This document shows positions 26,601-34,981 of a stretch of DNA of 34,981 nt, piece after piece. Source of the DNA: Fidelibacterota bacterium (lineage in GTDB: Bacteria > Fidelibacterota > Marinisomatia > Marinisomatales > UBA1611). The DNA lies in assembly GCA_038281125.1 (NCBI GenBank), contig JAYNUL010000006.1:1-34981 (forward strand), written 5' to 3'. The translations under genes were made by a program, and so were the position numbers. The notes beneath the pieces were generated by a model that worked only from the letters and a program-made list of their open reading frames with translations, was not told the DNA's origin and did no database searches. Each line of letters begins with the position of its first letter. Positions within the stretch are counted from its first letter, which is position 1.

Positions 26601-29600
26601 ACATAGTCTGCACTATCTAGTACATTACCAAAAAGGTGAGCTGAACTACTGATGGATAAAACAGGAGCAACGCTTCGACCATGAATCGGAATAGATAGAT
26701 CTCCATTACCAAGAGGATCATCACTTGTTATCTCTAAGGTAGTGCTTACCGTTGCAGTATCCGGTCTTGAAAAAGAAACATCAAGCCCGATGGACTCACC
26801 CGGCATAACCTCCACTGACAGATGTATTCGGTTTTGTATATTTCGGTTAGCTGAAGATTGTTTTTCCTCAGTGGTGTGTACGGAGCTTATTAAACCACCT
26901 AAGCTTGGCATGTGAGGGGTCTCACTATTTTGAATGTCGCCAGATCCTCTAGAGTCTTGGATAGTATTGCTTCCTATGTTTTCACCATTATTTGTTGGAT
27001 TTTGATTATCTACTCCTCCCTGATTGACTGAAACAGCATGATTACTCTCTTTTGATAAAAACGGATGTAATATATTAGCAATTCGGGATGAAGTTCTTCC
27101 CTCAGCTATGGCTACAGAAAACCCAGATAAAGTATCTTGAACAAATACACTATCAACAAATAAGGTATCTGTACCACTATTCGATATATCCAAAACCAGA
27201 GTTTCCACTACATCTACCCTCACGTTTCCATGATCCAACTCTTCCTCTGACAGAACAAGCACTGGCCATGAACTCGTTCCAGATAGCTCTATCTCTACGG
27301 TTGGAGCATCTAGATCATCCGTGGTAATTACCAATGTATCCAACAACGATCCAGGGGTGAGATCAGGATCAAAAGTGACCAATAATGTATCTGTTGTAAA
27401 CGCTGGAATCACCATCGAAGCCTCACTAACGCTATACCAATCAGAGGATACCTGGATCGAACTCAAGGTCAGATTACCGTTTCCAGCATTTTCAACTAAA
27501 AGTTCCCATACAGAAACTTGGTCATGATCAACAGAACCAAAATCGTTAATCGTATCACCATCCATCAAAGCAATAGTACCACCAATTGGGATTAAGGTAA
27601 GGGTATCATTCACAGGACTAAATAGATTAGAAGTATCCTGCGGAATCACCGCATAGTGGTACTCCTGACCATTAAGCAGATGTCCATCTTGTCCAGAATC
27701 CAAATAGCTAACAACATCATCTGCAAGCACAGCAAGTGTATCATAAGTACCGGTACCAATTGCTCTTATTATTACTAGCTCTTCAATATCACCATTGGCA
27801 TTACCACGAGGATCCAATGGGTATCCCCACGTTAACTCAATTTGGCCATTCCCACCTGTTCCAGAAAAGGCTGTAACTGCATCTGGTGGCTGTAACGTTT
27901 GATCATAAGGCAATGCACCCATATCCATCACTGTACCATCAAAATCTACAGCTCCCTCAGGATTTCCTGCATCAATCGCCAAAGATTCCCAGTTTAATGA
28001 AAAATTCAGTGCAGGACCATTTACAAATAATGGATCAACATCAAGATTACCTTCTCCATCTGCTCCACCACTAACAATAGAAAAGGATGTTGCCACGTTT
28101 CCAAAACTTCCAATTTCAGAGGCTCCATTTCCAAATAATATGGAATTATCTATATTGACAGAAGCCCCTACAGCAGCATAAACTGCTCCACCACTTCCAA
28201 CAGACGAATTGTAGGCAATTGTCATGTTGGACATGTCTGCTCCACCACTGAGAACTGCAATTCCTCCTCCACTTCCTGATGCTGCGTTTGCGGCAACGAT
28301 AACATGATCTAAACTTGGACTTGCACCACCATCAATCTTGATTCCACCACCTTGTGTTCCACCACCACCTAAAATGGTAAAGTTTGAAATTTTGGTGGTT
28401 TCATTCTGACCACCATCGATGGTTAGCACTGGACCAGTTCCATCTCCTTGTAGCATGGTCTCAATAGGATCGCCACCTCCACGGAATACTAAGTTCTTAT
28501 CCAAAAGCGATATACTACCTGAATAGGTTCCAGGAGCAACCTCAATCGTGTCCTGCTGATAGGCAGAATCAATAGCAGCTGCAATAGTCGGGTACTCTGA
28601 TGGAACAAAAAGAATGATATTTTCTGCAGCCTGCCCAGAAAGCGACATGGTGTAGCTCGGCTCGTCTGGGTCATTGCTACCAAAAATAAGTGTTGCGGTG
28701 TTAGAACCTTCCTCGGATGGCTCGTACACTACAGACATGGATAATGTATCTAGAAAGGATAATATAGACGCATCCACATCAATGGAAAACTCAGCATCTC
28801 CTTCAAGAATAATTTCTTCAATTTCAAGATTCGGGGTACCAATATTTACAATATCTAAGTTTAGTGTTCTTGAAAAACCCAGCCTGGTAAATGGGAACTG
28901 ATAACTGGATAAACTATCATTCCCATCACCATTGACTACAATATCTGCAAATTCATTGATAGAATTGCCTAAAAAAGAAACCTGTCTGACAGGGTTATAT
29001 GGATCATCTGTGTAGACCGTAAGCGTATCGGAATAGACCTCTACTGTTTCAGGAGAAAAAGTCACTGAAACTTCCAGTGAGTCTCCTGGTGGCACAATGC
29101 CACTAGTTGGTGTCAAAGTAAAATAATCGGTCTGGTTCATCATAGAATCAATTACCAGATCTGCAACGCCATAGTTGAGAATCCAAAAAGATAATTCAGA
29201 CTCTGTGCCTTCAGTCACGTATCCGTAGTCAAGCGCAGCACTTGCAAGAAGGAATGTACCAGAGAAGGCAGCATTTCGCTCTCCCGGAGTTCCCATGTTT
29301 CCACTTTCACCATAGGGTAGGCCTGCTGCCAACCAACTTTCAGCCAAACTATTATCATAATCTGGTCTAATGAGTTCCATGGAAGCTCCTGAGGAAAAAG
29401 GAAATGTATCATCGAAATCCACAACATCCATGATTTGCCCAGAACCATCTTTAATAGAAAGCGCTTCTCCAAAGTTGCTCAAACTGATAGTGGTACCATA
29501 TTCGTAATCGGGATCATATCCGCCATTTGATTCTATATCTGAGGATTGCCCGAGTAGGCTATACCCTCCACTTGGAATTTTTACATTTCCATCAAAAACA

Positions 29601-32600
29601 TGTGATTCTGTTGTAGAACCGCCCTCCAGCGTCCAGCCACTTAAGTGAATAGGTGTAAACCAGCCATTGTAGACCTCGAACCATTCCTTACCTCCATCAC
29701 TTCCTGAAGGATTTGGCATAATCTCATTGATGGTTATTGCATTTTCTGTATCAATTCTATGGGGTACATCTTCCATGTATGCTGACTCATTTAATTCACC
29801 TGGCCTCTCTACCAACACTATATGGTTGCTATTACCACTAATATCATAAAAAGCAGGAAAGTCACTTTCCAATGAACCTTCATTCATTCTCCAATATCCA
29901 AATGTTGTTTCATCAACCCCAAATCCTGCTACAGGCACGAATGGTTGATCATACAATGCTGAATAAGAAAATCTCAATTCATCAATTTGTTGGCCAGATG
30001 AGAAAGAAAAGTTATCTCCATAAACTAGATAAGTGGTTGTCATTGCTGGAGTACCATCAATCCAAACAACTGTATTTTCCTCTTTACCAACAATAGCTAC
30101 ATGGTGCCAGGAAGATGTATCTACCATATGAAATAGATCTGACTCCCCTGAGCTTTCTTGAACCTGCGGCAGATCTAAAGAAAGGCGTATACTGTCTCCT
30201 TCAACTGACTTTTTAAGAATTAGTTCTGTTGGAATTCCAAATAAATCCTCAGGAGACTCATCATTCGTATATTTGAAAAATCCTTCTAAAGTATATTGCA
30301 CCTCTCCTGGAATAATTAACTGATTTAAATCAACGATAGCATCAAATCCCTCTAGGAGAATAGAGGTACTATCTTGACCTAACCTATGATGTTCCATAAA
30401 ACCCAACAGGCCTTCATCACCATCGCTTTCAACAGCTGAAACACGATAAAAATAGGTCTGATCTGGAGCTGGTGAAGATTCAACATAAATGGGACTATTC
30501 ACTGTAGTATGAGGAGCGGCATCATACCAGTCCTCATTCAAATCAAAGGATCGATAAACATTGTACTGATCTATATTTGGTTGATTTTCTGTATCCCAGG
30601 TTAGCTCAACCCTTTGGTTATTTTGAACAGTCTTAAGGTTTTGGACTCTTAAGGGTAAGCCTGTTTGATCATAGAAAAATGCACCAATGTCTGATCTTGT
30701 ACCATCAATGTCCAATGAATCGGGATGGCCTGCATCAATCATTCGCGAATCTGGAAGCAGATGATAATCACCTGCTAAAAGATCTACGAACAATGGATCA
30801 AACTCAATATCTGCTACGCCCAGAGTTGTATTTGCATCAGGAGTAAACTGGCCCACATTATTATCAGAGTAGTTTATCAGACCTACAGTCCCGTATGTAA
30901 AACTGATATTATTCTCCTGATCGTAGAGATCCATCATAACATCCCCAGATGGATTATTACGGATGATGGTGTTTGAAATGTGGTGATCATTATCGTTGTG
31001 AAAGGATACACCATCCCCTCCAATATTATTTACAATGGTTGCTCCGTGCATGTGTATCTCATGATTAATAAAGATCCCTGATCCCCAGCTAACAGATGAA
31101 TTCCCACTGATCTCTGAATTCATTATTTTAGTCTGACCCTGGTTTTGTAATTGGATTCCTCCCCCATCGCCCTGGGAAATGTTTCCAGATATTTCTGACT
31201 CCCTTATGGTTAATTCAGCATAATTCGTGTCTTCATATATTCCTGCACCACCACCTTCAGAAGCATTACCAGACACAACCACATTATCTAGAGTGACGGT
31301 TCCCGTGTTTATGGACATACCACCACCATGCCCAGCGCTGTTTGAATTGATCGAGCTATTTAAAATGTTAACATCGGCATTTTCAACATGCATTCCACCG
31401 CCTCTGGTTCCAGCTGTATTATTACTAAAAAGGCTATTTTCAATGTACAGGGTCTCAATATTTGGATTCTGTACTTCGGAACCAAATAATATACCTGCAC
31501 CAAATTGATCAGCCGTATTATTAAGAAGGTGAACATTATTCATATCTAAAGTTGATCCAAGCGAATAGATTCCTCCACCATCCCATGCACTGTTACAATT
31601 CTCTATGATTAAATCCCTGAGTTTTACTAGAGAGTATCCTTGATATATCGATATTCCACCTCCTCGGTTCCAAGTGTAATCTTCCATAGCCCCATTTGCA
31701 TATCCATTACGTATAGTAAAGCCTTTTACTAGGGGAGATGAATACCCGTTCATTGGGAATTTGATGCAGATGCCTTTATCCTGCCCATCTATGATGGTGG
31801 ACTCTGTGCTTTCTCCCACAAGGCTTACATTTCGGACACTCTCACTCTCGTCACGACGATATACAAGGTTTTCATTATAGGTACCCGCAGACACAAATGC
31901 TGTATCACCATCACTTCCAAAGTTTAAAGCAGCCTGAATCGATCGAAAAGGATCATCGCTTGCACCGGTTGCGGTTAAATCATTCCCACTTTCGCTTATA
32001 TACCATTTAGGTCCATTATAATTGTTATTATAAGGGTAAGCTCCAATATCTGCTCTAGTACCGTCTACATCCACAGAATCAGGATGACCCGCATTTACCA
32101 GCATTGAATAGGCAAATAAATTAAAGTTATTGGTTGAGATATCTATAAAACTTGGTTCAGAGTCAACAACACCAAGATCGCTTATTGACCAGCCTCCATA
32201 ACTGTTTATATCATCAATACCACCCTGCAGGTTAGAATATTGAATAGAAAGATTGCTATTATCACCAAGTTCTGTAAATATTTGACTAAGTTCATTATTG
32301 GACTTTTTATTTTCATAGAAAATTGAATTCACAATTGTTGGTGATGAAGCATGGATTATGGCTAGCCCGCCTCCAACGTCCTGTGCTGTGTTGTCATAAA
32401 GATTTACTCTATCCAAATGAATAGTACTTGAGAATGAATAAATTCCTCCACCTCTATTTGATGCATTATTATAATTAACTAAAGTTCTTTCAATTTGGCC
32501 TGAGGAATTATCAAAATGCAATCCACCACCATCCAAATAAGAAATATTTGCAACAAATGATGAAACGTTTATGCTCACATCAGAATTTTGAACATACATT

Positions 32601-34981
32601 CCTCCACCTTTCCATGAAGAATTTCCATATACCTGAACATTAATAAAGGTAGGTCCACCATCTGATGAGATATCATCAACATGGATACCTCCACCATAGC
32701 CATCTTCAGCGCTTGAAGTATTATTAAAAACCTCTACATTCTCTAAGGTAGCACTACCATGAACCAACAGCCCTCCCCCTCGATGACCTGCATGGTTATC
32801 AGTGACAATAAGGTTTTTTAGTGTGGGGGACTCCTTAATCATTCCTCCAGCACCTTGATAACCCTCACCTCCTGTCAATGTAAATCCATCAATCGTAATA
32901 TTACTTCCATCAACCGTTAAACAATTTCCCTGATCTGCATTTGGTGCATCAATAATGGTTGACTCAGGTCCATTTACAGACTTTATCGTCAAATGATCAT
33001 AACCATTTGGCCCATAAGTATATATAGATTCATGGTAGGTTCCATCATGAACCAGTATAGTGTCCCCACCAAATTCACTGATAGCATCAATAGCATGATT
33101 AATTGTTGGAAATGGATTATCAGAAGATCCATTCCCGTATGGTTGTTGAGCAGAAACATTCCACTTTCTATTTTGATAGAATGCGACCCCATTGGAGTTC
33201 TCATATGCACCAATATCCACCTTTGAATTGGGTGGATTGATTCGATCATTTCCTTCTAAGTCAGTGTCGGTGACCTCATAAAAAAAGAAATCCTCTACAC
33301 CAGAAGGATAATTAAAAAATCCTTCTTGAATAGAATTTCTACCGCTTGAAATAGCAACTGATTGGTCAGATAAACGGTAATTACCACTGGAGGTATCCAC
33401 AAAGGAGGGTTCAAAGTAGTAATTGGAGGTGCTGAAAACATTGGTATTCTCATTAAAAACTCCTCCAATATTTATCCCACTTTTTATAAAATTATTGAAA
33501 AGATAGACATTTACAGCTTCTGAGGGTGTAAAGTTAGGACGGCTTCCTTGCCCATCATGCCATGTCAAAATAGAATTTGCAAGCAACAGCCTTGGATCTT
33601 GAGCGTATGCATGAATGGGATACCCATGATTGTTTGCAATTGTATTATTGATAAGCTTATAACGACCACTTCCAAATGCCAATGCAGACGCAGCATTTGA
33701 AAAATCTGATTGATCACCGACATAGCTATTATTGTAAATGAGTGAGTTGGTCGAAATAATATTTCCAGCCAATTGCCAGATGGCTGAACCTCTATAGGTT
33801 GAGGAGTTGCTATGCATGATGACATTATTGAGCGTTACATTTGCATCCTGAGCAGCTAATGCTCCTCCACCATATGCACTGTTATTTGAAAATGAGACAT
33901 TATGGAATTCCGCCATCGACGTTTGAAAAACGTATGCTCCTCCTCCAAAAGGAGTATCATCACCATCAGGGATCGTCCAATTTTGCATACCTGTTCCATT
34001 AATTATTGATGCACCATGAAGTTGGAAATTCTCAATGGATCCAAAATTAAAATTAAAATCCTCTAAACCAGTTACTACGATTCCTGTTCCAGAAAAATTT
34101 GCATCAATAACAGTTGCTTCTTTGCCTGCACCAGAAACCACAAGGTTTTTACCTCTCACTACTAAATTTTCTTGGAAAGTGCCACCCGATACAAAAATAC
34201 TGTCACCATTATCTGCAAGGTTTAATGCTGCTTGAATGGATGAAAGTGGAAACTCTGTGTTGCCAATCCCAGATGTATCATTCCCCGCAACCGATACATA
34301 CCATTTATCATTATTCGAAAATGGAGATAGGTACGCCCCAATACTAGAACGTTTTCCATTTACATCAGTGGAATCAGGGTGACCAGAATGTACGAGAAAT
34401 GAGGAAGGTAATATGTTGAAATTATTATTTTGGCTATCGATAAATTTCGGATCGATATTATCCAGATTTCCTATACCCCAATTTAATGTCCCGTTGTTAG
34501 TCTCAACGCCATCCTGTCCGCCTTGGATAAAACAGTAATCTATATTTACAGTACCGGGATCATCTGATTGTTCAGAAATATGGATATTTTGATCACCATT
34601 ATTGGTAACAATAGAATTAACCAGTGTTGGTGATCCTCCTGGGTATGTGAAAACACCGTTTAACGTATTATTTGCAATAGTGGCATTGTTTATAATTGGC
34701 TCACTATACCAGGAAAAAATACCGGATTCATTATTATATATATGCACATTATTAATTATGCTTTGGGAAGGTCCTTGAATACCAACAGATCCAGCCGATC
34801 CAATATTATTTTTAACGATCAAGTTCTTTAGTGTTGGACTAGAAAGGTTAACTCTGATGCCTCCACCAGATGGATAATTAGTGTCTATTCCATTTTGTAT
34901 TGTAAAATTATCTAATAACGCAGCACTTGTTTCTCCATTGATAAATTGTACTACGCTGGTGATTTGATTACCATCAATGAT
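23621..34981 (-). CDS. Giant modular cell-surface protein (more than 3786 aa; N-terminus beyond the window) with parallel beta-helix modules, FN3, LamG, lamin-tail and Ig-like domains, and a T9SS C-terminal sorting domain
   Basis: One uninterrupted frame. Translating upstream of the track start (TTG 34822) stays open to nt 34981 and continues the same repeat type (NFTIQNG...PSGGGIRV). Many GGG[IMLA] beta-helix rungs are present, and there are five cap motifs of the type DP.F.D...NY.L...S..[13 protein letters not shown].DIGA. Confidence 0.9.
   Translation of the reverse strand: [3786 protein letters not shown]
23624..23899 (-). other. T9SS (Por) type C-terminal sorting domain of the giant protein
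   Basis: The last roughly 90 aa are [43 protein letters not shown]...[22 protein letters not shown]. This is the characteristic pattern of FCB-group secretion-tail domains. Confidence 0.8.
29330..29745 (-). other. Lamin-tail-domain (LTD)-like module within the giant protein
   Basis: [40 protein letters not shown]...[19 protein letters not shown]...ASMELIRPD matches the LTD pattern (INE...P.......EW.E.yN......L.GW.L). Boundaries are approximate. Confidence 0.6.
29930..30370 (-). other. LamG/concanavalin-like module within the giant protein
   Basis: YTLEGFFKY...[23 protein letters not shown]...[12 protein letters not shown] is typical of LamG-type jelly-rolls (W.HVA......... .y.DG, DE.R.). 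Boundaries are approximate. Confidence 0.5.

Noticed and set aside
1-34981. Search for CRISPR arrays, tRNA/rRNA genes, IS elements, integrases, toxin-antitoxin pairs or recognisable defence-system genes
   Set aside because: Intergenic regions are short (the longest is about 290 bp) and contain no spaced repeat arrays or cloverleaf-like sequences. No ORF shows transposase, integrase or recombinase motifs, or classical restriction or abortive-infection motifs.

Overview
AT-rich bacterial chromosomal window with about 25 tightly packed genes, mostly on the minus strand. The genetic code is standard: TAA, TAG and TGA all terminate clear genes. I found no rRNA, tRNA, CRISPR array, transposase or integrase.

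The left two thirds hold recognisable housekeeping and stress genes:
- trxA-trxB and serC
- an ECF sigma / anti-sigma / Spy-like / lipoprotein operon
- a UvrD-type helicase fused to a Cas4-like nuclease
- a tldD-pmbA-rmuC-lipoprotein operon
- hsp20 behind a sigma-54-type -24/-12 promoter
- a CBS-like cysteine synthase

These are interspersed with unusual architectures:
- an EF-hand plus NOX-type FAD/NAD dehydrogenase protein that lacks the heme membrane domain
- a membrane-anchored GH1 glycosidase fused to a TlpA-like CxxC thioredoxin-fold domain
- a degenerate ABC ATPase with an Asn/Arg-rich tail

The right third (23621 to the window end) is one giant ORF of more than 3786 aa, still open at the window edge. 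It encodes a modular surface protein with five parallel beta-helix modules, FN3, LamG, a lamin-tail domain and about 7 Ig-like domains. It ends in a T9SS-type C-terminal sorting domain, which points to the FCB superphylum (Marinimicrobia- or Ignavibacteria-like; lineage is low confidence).

The most striking observation concerns the gene translationally coupled to the giant ORF by an ATGA overlap. It is an exported metallophosphoesterase-like gene interrupted by a single in-frame TGA inside a Cys-Gly-TGA motif. A hairpin with a GGUCU loop begins 18 nt downstream, as I recall for the E. coli fdhF SECIS. This makes it a candidate selenoprotein that a plain ORF caller truncates.
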